Shown: piece by piece, positions 9,308 through 19,468 of the stretch
Layout: the number at the start of each line of letters is the position of its first letter
Position numbering within the stretch: position 1 is the stretch's first letter
From: a bacterium
GTDB lineage: Bacteria > UBA8248
Direction of reading: 5' to 3'
Length of the DNA: 64,000 nucleotides
Assembly: GCA_965219955.1 (NCBI GenBank)
Contig: OZ244799.1
Span: 1,376,001 to 1,440,000 of the forward strand
Position numbers and translations under genes: made by a program
The notes under the pieces: model-generated
Told to the model about the DNA's origin: nothing
The model's input: the letters and a program-made list of their open reading frames with translations, nothing else
Databases searched by the model: none

Positions 9308-10540
9308 TTATGGACGCTGCAAGTAGGATTCCTTGCCGTCCTTCCTCTTCTTTTGCATGGACGGCAAAGGCGGCTCCATGTCCACCGCCACCCTGTCTTC
9401 CAGTTCGAGGCCATAGCCTTCGAGCGCAACAATCCTGCGCTCATCATTCGTCATGATCCGAATCCGGCGCAAGCCCAGGTCCACGAGGATCTGGGCGCCT
9501 ATGCCGTAATCGCGCAATCCCTGGAACGGCGCGCTCTTGATCCTGATTTTCTCATCCACCTCACGCGCACCGGAGGCCACCTGCTCTTTTCTGGGAAATT
9601 CCTCTCCCATCGAATCGGGTTGTAAAAATACCAACACACCCTTGCCCGCTTCCTGAATCTTGGCCAGCGCGCTTCTGATCCTGTCCGGACAATCGGAGCG
9701 TAAAAGCGCCAGCAAATCCCAGATGGCATTCACCGGCTGCACCCGAATGTGGGTGGGCTCGTCCGGGTTCAAGTCCCCCATCACCAAAGCGGCGTGAATC
9801 CTTCCGCTGCTTTGATTGTGGTACGCATACACCTTGAACGTGCCGAATACCGTCGGCACCTCGGCCTCCTCCACACGCTCCACGAGGCGATCGTGACGCA
9901 TGCGGTAAGCGATGAGATCCTTGATGGTCACAAGGGAGAGATTATTCTTTTCCGCCACCTTTCGCAGGTTGGGCAGACGCGCCATCGAACCGTCTTCGTT
10001 CAATACCTCGCAGAGAACACCCGCGGGCTGAAGGCCGGCCAGACGAGCCAAATCCACCGTGCCCTCCGTGTGGCCTGCTCTCCTGAGCACGCCCCCCGGC
10101 TGCGCCCGCAGCGGAAAAATATGGCCCGGCGTCACGAGGTCCGACGGCCTGGCGTCTTCCTGTATGGCGGTTTGTATGGTGTGGGCCCTGTCGAAGGCGC
10201 TGATGCCTGTGGTGACGCCTTCGCGCGCTTCTATGGAAACCGTGAAAGCCGTGCCGAAAGCGGAGCCGTTCTCGCGGCTGGGCACCATCATGGGAAGACC
10301 CAGCGATTCCACCTTCTCCGGCGTGAGCGCGAGACAAACGAGGCCACGCGCATGTTTCGTCATGAAGTTGATCGCCTCGGGCGTCACCCTCTCGGCCGCC
10401 AGGATGAAATCGCCTTCGTTCTCGCGGTCCTCATCATCCACCAGGACGACGATGCGGCCCTCGCGGATATCGCCAATCGCCTCTTCAATCGTGGAGAAAG
10501 GACTCGCGCCCAAATCCTTTTCCTCCCTCGGCTCAGGCAT
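9308..10540 (-). CDS. ribB: 3,4-dihydroxy-2-butanone-4-phosphate synthase fused to a degenerate GTP cyclohydrolase II domain (RibBX-type)
   Basis: DDEDRENEGD, TAFTVSIEA, PGHIFPL, RAGHTE intact; the C-terminal RibA-like part has RDYGIGAQIL but lacks the Zn-binding Cys cluster. Confidence 0.92.
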   Translation of the reverse strand: MPEPREEKDLGASPFSTIEEAIGDIREGRIVVLVDDEDRENEGDFILAAERVTPEAINFMTKHARGLVCLALTPEKVESLGLPMMVPSRENGSAFGTAFTVSIEAREGVTTGISAFDRAHTIQTAIQEDARPSDLVTPGHIFPLRAQPGGVLRRAGHTEGTVDLARLAGLQPAGVLCEVLNEDGSMARLPNLRKVAEKNNLSLVTIKDLIAYRMRHDRLVERVEEAEVPTVFGTFKVYAYHNQSSGRIHAALVMGDLNPDEPTHIRVQPVNAIWDLLALLRSDCPDRIRSALAKIQEAGKGVLVFLQPDSMGEEFPRKEQVASGAREVDEKIRIKSAPFQGLRDYGIGAQILVDLGLRRIRIMTNDERRIVALEGYGLELEDRVAVDMEPPLPSMQKKRKDGKESYLQRP

Positions 10541-11183
10541 AACCTTGCTCCCTCAGTTTTTCCATCGTGACGCCACCATGAGACCTTGATTCCGCGTGGG
10601 GGGCGAGCAGTTTTTCCACGTATTTTCCAATCAAATCCGCTTCGAGATTCACCGCGGCGCCGTCATTCTTCTCCGTGAGTGTCGTTTGCTCGCTCGTATG
10701 CGGAATGATCGACACCGAAAAAGTCTCCCCATCACACGCCGCCACCGTCAGGCTGATTCCATCAACCGCGATAGACCCTTTATAAACGACATAGCGCATC
10801 ACCTCCACCGGGGCCTCGAAAGTGAGCCAAATCGAATCGCCCTCGTTTTTCCTGCTTCTGATCCTGCCCACACCGTCGACGTGGCCACTCACGAGATGCC
10901 CGCCCAGGCGTTCTCCCAGCGCCATGGCGCGTTCCAGATTGCACCGGCCGCCGACGGCCAGTTCGCCCAAATTCGTCCGCCGAAGCGTCTCGATGGACAA
11001 ATCGGCCTCGAATTTTCTTTCATCAAAATCGATCACCGTGACGCAAACGCCGTTGAGGGCGATGGAATCACCGAGTCCCACGCCATCCAAAACACCCGGC
11101 GCCTCGATGGCAATTCGCGCGCCATCGGCGTCTTTTCTCAATGAGCGAATCGCGCCTACGGCCTCGATAATTCCGCTAAACAC
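10533..11183 (-). CDS. ribE: Riboflavin synthase (alpha chain)
   Basis: (M)FSGII N-terminus from GTG 11183, GDSIALNGVCVTV, GGHLVSGHVD, KGSIAVDGISLTV. Confidence 0.95.
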   Translation of the reverse strand: MFSGIIEAVGAIRSLRKDADGARIAIEAPGVLDGVGLGDSIALNGVCVTVIDFDERKFEADLSIETLRRTNLGELAVGGRCNLERAMALGERLGGHLVSGHVDGVGRIRSRKNEGDSIWLTFEAPVEVMRYVVYKGSIAVDGISLTVAACDGETFSVSIIPHTSEQTTLTEKNDGAAVNLEADLIGKYVEKLLAPHAESRSHGGVTMEKLREQGYA

Positions 11184-12336
11184 CTTTTCCACCCTCGAAT
11201 TCTTTCCAAATCGGTTTTTTGAAATATCCTTGAATCAATAAATCATCTCCAATAACTTCATGTGTTACATTAAATAACCCGGGCAGAGATTGCAATTCCT
11301 CTTCATCAAGGCCTGAAACCGCGCCCGGTGCCTGCGCATCCCCCACTATCAGGGGCGCCAAAAAATACAAGAGCCGATCCGCCAAGCCTTCCCGAATGAA
11401 AGAACCGTGAACCCGGCCGCCGCCTTCTACTAGAATATGACGAACGCCGCGACTTCCCAATACCTCCAGCATCGGAGCGAGCGAAACCCGGCCTTGCGGG
11501 TCTGCCTGTACGCGAACGACTTCCGCGCCCGCTTCGCGCAACGCCGTTTCTTTGGCCAGGGGCGATGCGTCCGTAGTCGCAACGATGGTGGAACTCCCCT
11601 GCCGGGAGGCCAGGACCCGGGCGTGGGAAGGCGTCCTGAGCCTCGAGTCCAGCACAATCCTCGTCAACGGCTTGCCCGCAACACCACCTGGCCGCGCAGT
11701 AAGCAACGGGTCGTCTTCCAGCACCGTCTCCACGCCCACCAGAATGGCGTCCATTTTGTTTCTGAAATGATGGCCTGCGTTTCTCGCCGCCTCGCCCGTT
11801 ATCCATCTGCTCTGCCCGCTCCGGGTGGCGATTTTCCCGTCCAGACTCGCGGCGGCCTTAAGCGTCAGAAAAGGACGGCCGCACCGCCACCAGTGAAAAT
11901 ATACTTCATTCTGGCGCACCGCCTCCTCGGCCATTATACCGACTTCCACCTCGACGCCACGTTCGCGCAGGTGCGAAAACCCTTTGCCTGATACTTGCGG
12001 ATTCGGGTCCGTGACAGCGGCGATGACGCGAGCGACGCCCGCCTCCACCACAGCAGGCGCGCAAGGGGGCGTTCTGCCCTGGTGGGAACACGGCTCCAGC
12101 GTGACGAACAAGACACCGCCTCGCGCACACCCGCCCGCTTCCCGCAGAGCCAGAACTTCTGCGTGCGGCTCCCCCGCCTTTCTGTGCCAGCCCCGGCCCG
12201 CTACCTCTCCGTCGGCGTCAAGAACAACGGCCCCGACGAGCGGATTGGGGCTCGTCATCCCCTCCGCGCGCCCCGCGAGAGAAAGGGCTTCGGCCATCAA
12301 CTCGTTTTTGCGCTCGGCAGAGAGACGAACCATCAA
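11176..12336 (-). CDS. ribD: Bifunctional diaminohydroxyphosphoribosylaminopyrimidine deaminase/reductase
   Basis: PNPLVGAV, HAE, TLEPCSHQGRTPPC, SLDGKIA, DDPLLTAR, VEGG. Confidence 0.96.
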   Translation of the reverse strand: MMVRLSAERKNELMAEALSLAGRAEGMTSPNPLVGAVVLDADGEVAGRGWHRKAGEPHAEVLALREAGGCARGGVLFVTLEPCSHQGRTPPCAPAVVEAGVARVIAAVTDPNPQVSGKGFSHLRERGVEVEVGIMAEEAVRQNEVYFHWWRCGRPFLTLKAAASLDGKIATRSGQSRWITGEAARNAGHHFRNKMDAILVGVETVLEDDPLLTARPGGVAGKPLTRIVLDSRLRTPSHARVLASRQGSSTIVATTDASPLAKETALREAGAEVVRVQADPQGRVSLAPMLEVLGSRGVRHILVEGGGRVHGSFIREGLADRLLYFLAPLIVGDAQAPGAVSGLDEEELQSLPGLFNVTHEVIGDDLLIQGYFKKPIWKEFEGGKGV

Positions 12337-12349
12337 AGTGAAATCCCGC

Positions 12350-14998
12350 TCAATGGATTTCGACCGTTTGGTATGAGCCGTGCGTTACGGTCGCCTGTGC
12401 TGCCGCGAGCCTCGCAATCGGCGCACGGTAAGGCGCGCAGGAGACATAATCCATTTTCATCATATGGCAAAATTCAACCGACGTGGGTTCGCCGCCATGT
12501 TCCCCGCAAATGCCCACTTCGAGATTCTCCCGTCTCGCACGGCCGCGCTCGATACCGATCTTCACCATCTCACCCACTCCGTCACGGTCAACGGCGACGA
12601 AGGGATCTCTGGGGATCAGATCCTTCTCGATGTATTTGGGCAGGAACCAGCCGGCATCGTCCCGGCTCAGGCCATAGACGAGTTGCGTCAGATCGTTCGT
12701 GCCGAAACTGAAGAATTCCGCGCTGTCGGCGATCTCTCCCGCCCGGAGGCAAGCCCTGGGGATTTCGATCATCGTGCCCGTGAGATACCGCGGCGTGACG
12801 CCTTTTTCCTCGATCACCTTCTGTGCGATGTCGTGCACGATGTCGCGATTGAACGCCCATTCCCTTACGCCCGAGGTGAGAGGAATCATGATTTCAGGAA
12901 GCACGTCCACGCCACGCGATTTCATCTCACAGGCCGCCTCGATGATGGCCCGCACCTGCATTTCGGCGATTTCAGGATAGGTGACCACCAGGCGACAACC
13001 GCGGTGACCCAGCATGGGGTTTTGCTCTTCGGTCGCTTCCGTGGCGTGGCGCACGGTTTCGAGGCCTACGCCCAGCAGCCTGGCCACATGCTGCATGTCT
13101 TCTTCCGTCTTGGGCAGAAACTCATGAAGCGGCGGATCCAGCAGCCTGATCGTTACGGGCCTTTCTTTCATCACTTCGAAGATGCCGATGAAATCCTTGC
13201 GCTGCATGGGCAGGAGGTGATCAAGCGCATCCCGCCTGCCTTCCTCCGTAGACGCCAGAATCATCGCGCGCACGTAGTCGATGCGCTCTCCCTCGAAAAA
13301 CATATGCTCCGTGCGGCAAAGGCCAATCCCCTCGCAGCCGAATTTGATGGCCGTCTCGCTATCCGTGACCGTGTCGGCGTTCGCGCGTACGCCCAGGGTC
13401 CTGATCTCGTCCGCCCATTCCATCAAGGTGGCGAAATCCCCCGAAAGCTCGGGTTGCTTGAGTTTCGCCTCGCCCAGGATCACCTCACCGGTAGTACCGT
13501 TCAGGGAAATGAAATCACCCTCCAATACCGTCGCGCCGTTCACGCGCATCACCTTCTCATCCGCCTTCACGTTCAAGGCGCTGCAGCCGGTGACGCAACA
13601 TTTCCCCATCTGTCTCGCAACGACGGCCGCATGCGAAGTGAGTCCGCCGCGCGCCGTGAGGATGCCCTGGGAAACGTTCATCCCGTTAATGTCCTCCGGA
13701 CTCGTCTCCTGGCGCACCAGGACAACGGGATCCCCCGCTTCGGCCCGCTCCACCGCATCCGCCGCGGTGAAAACCACCCGGCCCACGGCGGCGCCCGGCG
13801 ATGCGGCCAGACCCGTGGCCACCACCTTCAATTCCTCCTCGGCGTCGATCGTGGGATGCAGCAACTGATCCAGGCTGTCAGGGTCCACCATCTTCAGGGC
13901 GGTTCGCCTGTCTATCACGCCTTCCTTCACCAACTGAATGGCGATCCGCACGGCCGCCGCCGCCGTTCGCTTGCCGTTTCTCGTCTGGAGCATGAACAGG
14001 CGTCCGTTCTGAATGGTGAACTCCATGTCCTGCATGTCTTTGTAATGGGCTTCGAGTTTTTCGGTAATGCTTTCAAACTCGGCGAAGCAATCGGGCATCT
14101 TCTCCTTGAGGCTTTCGATGGGCTCAGGCGTCCTGATTCCCGCCACTACGTCTTCCCCCTGGGCGTTAAAGAGTATCTCGCCATAAAGCGCGTGCTCGCC
14201 CGTCGCGGGATTTCGCGAGAAAGCAACCCCGGTGCCGCAATCCTCCCCCATGTTGCCGTACACCATGCACTGCACGTTCACGGCAGTGCCCCAGTCATGG
14301 GGAATGTGATACAGCCTGCGGTAGGTGAAGGCGCGATCGTTGTTCCAGGAGCTGAACACCGCCTCAATGGCGAGCCGGAGTTGCTCGTAAGGGTCCTGGG
14401 GGAAACTCGAGCCCGTCTTCTCTTTCACGAGGGCGGCGTATTCGTCCACCAGTTCGGCCAGGTCGTCCGCCGTCAGATCCAGATCGGACCCGGCGCCCTT
14501 GCGCTGCTTCATCGCCTCGATCTTCGATTCGAAATCGTGGTGCTCCATCTCGAGAACCACGTTGCCGAACATGTTGATGAACCTGCGGTAGCTGTCGTAC
14601 GCGAAGCGGCGGCTCCCTGATTTCTTCTCGAGAGCGGCGACCGTCGTGTCGTTCATCCCCAGATTCAGGACGGTATCCATCATGCCCGGCATCGAGTCGC
14701 GCGCACCGGAGCGCACACTCACCAGCAGCGGGTTTTCGTCGCCGCCGAATTGCGCCCCCATCGCATCTTCGAGCCACGCCATCTGTTCCTTCACGCCCTC
14801 CCAGAGCCCCTCGGGAAAATCGTTTTGTTTCAGATAATCGACGCAAACCTGCGTGGTGATCGTGAAGCCCGGCGGCACGGGAATGTCCAGGCTCGCCATT
14901 TCCGCCAGATTCGCGCCCTTGCCACCCAGCAGATTGCGCATACCGGCGCTTCCGTCGGTCTGCCCGGCACCAAAGGAATAAATCATCTTCTCCGTCAT
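12350..14998 (-). CDS. ppdK: Pyruvate, phosphate dikinase
   Basis: LLGGKGANLAEM, SVRSGARDSMPGMMDT, GGLTSHAAVVAR, GIGLCRTEHMF, SFGTNDLTQ, GICGEHGG. Confidence 0.98.
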   Translation of the reverse strand: MTEKMIYSFGAGQTDGSAGMRNLLGGKGANLAEMASLDIPVPPGFTITTQVCVDYLKQNDFPEGLWEGVKEQMAWLEDAMGAQFGGDENPLLVSVRSGARDSMPGMMDTVLNLGMNDTTVAALEKKSGSRRFAYDSYRRFINMFGNVVLEMEHHDFESKIEAMKQRKGAGSDLDLTADDLAELVDEYAALVKEKTGSSFPQDPYEQLRLAIEAVFSSWNNDRAFTYRRLYHIPHDWGTAVNVQCMVYGNMGEDCGTGVAFSRNPATGEHALYGEILFNAQGEDVVAGIRTPEPIESLKEKMPDCFAEFESITEKLEAHYKDMQDMEFTIQNGRLFMLQTRNGKRTAAAAVRIAIQLVKEGVIDRRTALKMVDPDSLDQLLHPTIDAEEELKVVATGLAASPGAAVGRVVFTAADAVERAEAGDPVVLVRQETSPEDINGMNVSQGILTARGGLTSHAAVVARQMGKCCVTGCSALNVKADEKVMRVNGATVLEGDFISLNGTTGEVILGEAKLKQPELSGDFATLMEWADEIRTLGVRANADTVTDSETAIKFGCEGIGLCRTEHMFFEGERIDYVRAMILASTEEGRRDALDHLLPMQRKDFIGIFEVMKERPVTIRLLDPPLHEFLPKTEEDMQHVARLLGVGLETVRHATEATEEQNPMLGHRGCRLVVTYPEIAEMQVRAIIEAACEMKSRGVDVLPEIMIPLTSGVREWAFNRDIVHDIAQKVIEEKGVTPRYLTGTMIEIPRACLRAGEIADSAEFFSFGTNDLTQLVYGLSRDDAGWFLPKYIEKDLIPRDPFVAVDRDGVGEMVKIGIERGRARRENLEVGICGEHGGEPTSVEFCHMMKMDYVSCAPYRAPIARLAAAQATVTHGSYQTVEIH

Positions 14999-15066
14999 CA
15001 CCTGCACCCTCCCGCGCCTCTCGCGCGTCTGAGTAAGAGTTATGGATGGCCGAAAACCTGCTCCGG

Positions 15067-17265
15067 TTATTTCGTCGCCCTTAACTGAATTTTCGTGAAA
15101 TCCGCGTTTGCCGAAAACAGCGCGCCCACGCCGGCCATCAGCGCAAGACGGTTTTTCCGCAAGGCGGCGTCCTCGTCCATCACCATCACCTCATCGAAAA
15201 AACCATCCACCACGGGCCGGATTTCCGCGATGGCGGCGTTCACGGAAACATAGGCCTCCTCCAGGGAGGCGGCGTCCTCCGCCCGGACGTTCGCCAACGC
15301 TTCTTCCACCGATTTTGAAACAGCGCCCAGGGATGCGTTCAGCCTTTTCTCGGCATCATCTACGAGAAGCGCCTCATCCAGGCTGTCCGCCGCATCATGT
15401 TCACCGCCCTGATTCGCCTGGCGGATAATGTTGCTCACCCGCTTGAAAGTCGTCGTGAGGGGCTCGAAGGTCTCTTCGCTGGACGCCAGCCGCTCCAGTG
15501 CGCGGAGCCGCGCCCGCGCGTCTATCACGTCGCGCCAGCCCGAGTCGTCACCTGCAGCCAGCACCGCTTCCACCAGGTCGCCTCGCGCGCCGCCGCGAGA
15601 GAGATGGGCGGACACCCGATTGCGAATAAAAACCAGAATCCTCTCAACCACCTCGGCGGCATCACCTTTGAACTTGTCCTGCAAAGGTTCGCTCGCGGCC
15701 TCCACCCATTCGGACAACGAGATCCTGAAGCCCTTATCCTCCAGGATGAGCAAAATCGCGTTGGCCGCGCGCCTGAGTGCGTAAGGGTCCTCCGAACCAC
15801 TGGGCAGATAGCCCAGGCCCACCATGCCGACGATGGTGTCCATGCGGTCGGCAAGCCCCACGATGGCGCCTGCTCGGCCTCCCGGCAGGTCGTCCCCCTC
15901 TCCCCTGGGGAGATAATGCTCATATACGGCGCGGGATACCGCTTCGTCCCTGCCCTCAAGCTCGGCATAGCGCCGGCCCATGACGCCCTGAAGCTCGGGG
16001 AACTCATACACCATGCCGCTCGTTAAGTCCGCCTTGCACAGAGACGCCGCCTCGTCCACGGTTTTCGCCAGCGCGGCGTCGCCCGGCGCGAGCTTCCCGC
16101 ACAACCATGCGCCCAGGCGCCTGAAGCGCTCGACCTTGTCCCAACTCGTGCCCAGCTTCGGGTGATAGACCACGCCCTTGAGCTCCTCCGCCATGTCGAC
16201 GAGGGGCGTTTCGAGGTCCTGTCGCCAGTAAAAATCCGCGTCTTCCAATCTGGCGCGCACGACGCGCTCATAGCCCTTCCGCACCACACTCATATCGTTC
16301 GCCCGCGTGTTGCTCACTCCGATGAAGCAGGGAATGAGCCGCTCTCCACCCTTTTCCCTGAGCGCAAAACACCTTTGGTGCACCTCCAGGGTGGAGATGA
16401 TGACCTCATCGGGCAGGTCCAGAAATTTATCATCAAACCCGCACGCCACCGGAAACGGCCACTCCACCAGGTGCGCCACCTTCTCCACCAGGCGCTCCAC
16501 GGCCTCCGCATCCGCCGCGGGCTCACCACCCTGGGACCCGGCCGCCTCCAGGACGGACGCACGCACCATGGGTACGCGTCCGCCGCCGCTTCCGTCATCG
16601 ACAAAAGGCTCTACATTGTTCTTATGCAACACTTGAACATAATCCCGGTAACTATTGATATTTAATTCATTATTCCCATGAAACCTATGGCCGAATGTGA
16701 CTGAACCGAAAGGCGGGAGCGATGCGTCCCCATCCGATGCGGGGCCGTCGACACTCTCCTGTCCATAGACAGCCAGAACCCATTGCACGGGCCGGACAAA
16801 CGAAAACTTGCCGGCTCCCCAGCGCATGGATTTAGGAGACGGCAAATCCTGGATGAGTTTCGTCAGCAAAGGCCCCAGAACGGTTTTGGCCTCATCGCCT
16901 GGGTCTTCTCTGAAATACATCAGGCGCGCCCCCTTGGGCGTGTCCACCTGCTTGAGCTCGGACACATCCGCCCCGTTCGTCCGGGCGAAGCCGAGGGCCG
17001 CTTTCGTCGGATTCCCGTCCTCATCGAATGCGTTTCTAACGGGGGGACCCAGGATTTCCTCCTGGAGCGGTTTCTGGCGCTCCGCCAGATCGGCCACATG
17101 CAAGACGAGCCGTCTCGGTGTCCCGAACGTTTCCAGGCCATCGTAACCCAGGCGCGCTTCGGCAAACGCCGCCTCGGCCCGCTCCTTCAGTGCGGCAAGC
17201 ATCCCCGGCATATAGGTGGAGGGGATCTCCTCGGTCCCGATTTCAAAAAGCAGTTCTTTGCCCAA
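15067..17265 (-). CDS. glyS: Glycine--tRNA ligase beta subunit
   Basis: LLFEIGTEEIP, GTPRRL, KSMRWG, FVRP, EFPELQGVMG, GSEDPYALRR; TTG 17265 with GGGAG just after the glyQ stop. Confidence 0.95.
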   Translation of the reverse strand: MGKELLFEIGTEEIPSTYMPGMLAALKERAEAAFAEARLGYDGLETFGTPRRLVLHVADLAERQKPLQEEILGPPVRNAFDEDGNPTKAALGFARTNGADVSELKQVDTPKGARLMYFREDPGDEAKTVLGPLLTKLIQDLPSPKSMRWGAGKFSFVRPVQWVLAVYGQESVDGPASDGDASLPPFGSVTFGHRFHGNNELNINSYRDYVQVLHKNNVEPFVDDGSGGGRVPMVRASVLEAAGSQGGEPAADAEAVERLVEKVAHLVEWPFPVACGFDDKFLDLPDEVIISTLEVHQRCFALREKGGERLIPCFIGVSNTRANDMSVVRKGYERVVRARLEDADFYWRQDLETPLVDMAEELKGVVYHPKLGTSWDKVERFRRLGAWLCGKLAPGDAALAKTVDEAASLCKADLTSGMVYEFPELQGVMGRRYAELEGRDEAVSRAVYEHYLPRGEGDDLPGGRAGAIVGLADRMDTIVGMVGLGYLPSGSEDPYALRRAANAILLILEDKGFRISLSEWVEAASEPLQDKFKGDAAEVVERILVFIRNRVSAHLSRGGARGDLVEAVLAAGDDSGWRDVIDARARLRALERLASSEETFEPLTTTFKRVSNIIRQANQGGEHDAADSLDEALLVDDAEKRLNASLGAVSKSVEEALANVRAEDAASLEEAYVSVNAAIAEIRPVVDGFFDEVMVMDEDAALRKNRLALMAGVGALFSANADFTKIQLRATK

Positions 17266-17276
17266 ATCCGAACTCC

Positions 17277-18250
<974 letters not shown>

Positions 18251-18254
<4 letters not shown>

Positions 18255-19459
18255 CCGATAAACTCCTTATGCAGGACGCGCACCGCATTCTCGGAATCCG
18301 CCTGGCGAACCACGACGGATATGGAAATCTCGGAAGTCGAGATCATCATGACGTTGATGCGGCTCCTCGCCAAAGCGGAGAAAACGCGCGCCGCCACGCC
18401 GGCCTGGCTTTTCATGCCCACGCCCACGACGGAGACTTTCGCGATGTCGTCATCGCGGGAGATGGTGGCTCCGCCGAAGGCTTCATTCGATTCCACCATA
18501 ATCTGTTCCGCCTGCTGCGCCATATCGCTGTTCACCGTGATGGAGATGTCGGTCAGGCTGTTTTCGCTCACGTTCTGGACGATCATGTCCACCATGATGG
18601 ATTTCTCGGCCAACTGGCCGAAAAGAGCGGCGGCGATTCCGGGCCTGTCGGGCACGGCGCTTATCGTGAGTTTCGATTGTTTCGAATCGCAACTCACGCC
18701 GCGAACGGCGGGCGACTCGATTCCCGTCGACTCTGGAATGATCAATGTTCCCTCTCCTTCATCAAACGCGGAGCGGACGACGAGTGGGAGGTCATACTTC
18801 GCCGCCAGATCCACAGAGCGCGCCTGCAGCACTTTCGCGCCCAGGGACGCGAGTTCCATCATCTCCTGGAACGATATCTGCTCCATGCGCTTCGCGTCGG
18901 GCACAAGGCGCGGGTCGGCCGTGTATACCCCGTCCACATCGGTATAAATCTCGCAGCGGTCCGCTTCAAGCGCCGCGGCCAACGCCACGGCGGTGAGGTC
19001 GGAGCCCCCGCGCCCCAGCGTCGTCTCCTCGTCGAACTCATCGACTCCCTGAAATCCCGCGGCGACGACCACCTTTCCCCCGTTGAGTTCCTTGAGAATC
19101 CTCGCGGGGCGGATGGAGCGCACGCGGGCCCGGGTATGGGCGCCCTCCGTCAGAATGCCCGCCTGCCCGCCCGTCAAGGATATGGCCGGGATTCCGGCCG
19201 CATCGAGAGCGATGGCCAGAAGCGAACTCGCAATGCGTTCGCCCGAGGTGAGCAGCAAATCCATCTCCCGCCCCACAGGCTGAGGCGAAAGCGCATGCGC
19301 GAAGCGAATCAGCTTGTCGGTCTCTCCCGCCATCGCGCTCACCACGACGATGATCCGCTCCCAGGAACCCTTCGCCGCCGACACCCGCTTCACCACGCCG
19401 CGAATCTTCTCCAGGTTCGCGACCGAGGTGCCGCCGAATTTTTTTACGACCAGACTCAT
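18251..19459 (-). CDS. lysC: Aspartate kinase
   Basis: [33 protein letters not shown], two ACT domains. Confidence 0.96.
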
Positions 19460-19468
19460 TTTATCCCA

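Noticed and set aside
12337-12349. FMN riboswitch ahead of the rib operon
   Set aside because: Only 13 bp separate ppdK and ribD; no space or motif.
16630-16665. TTATGTTCAAG on the minus strand in glyS as a XerD arm
   Set aside because: No matching XerC arm at 6-bp spacing, and it lies inside an essential CDS.
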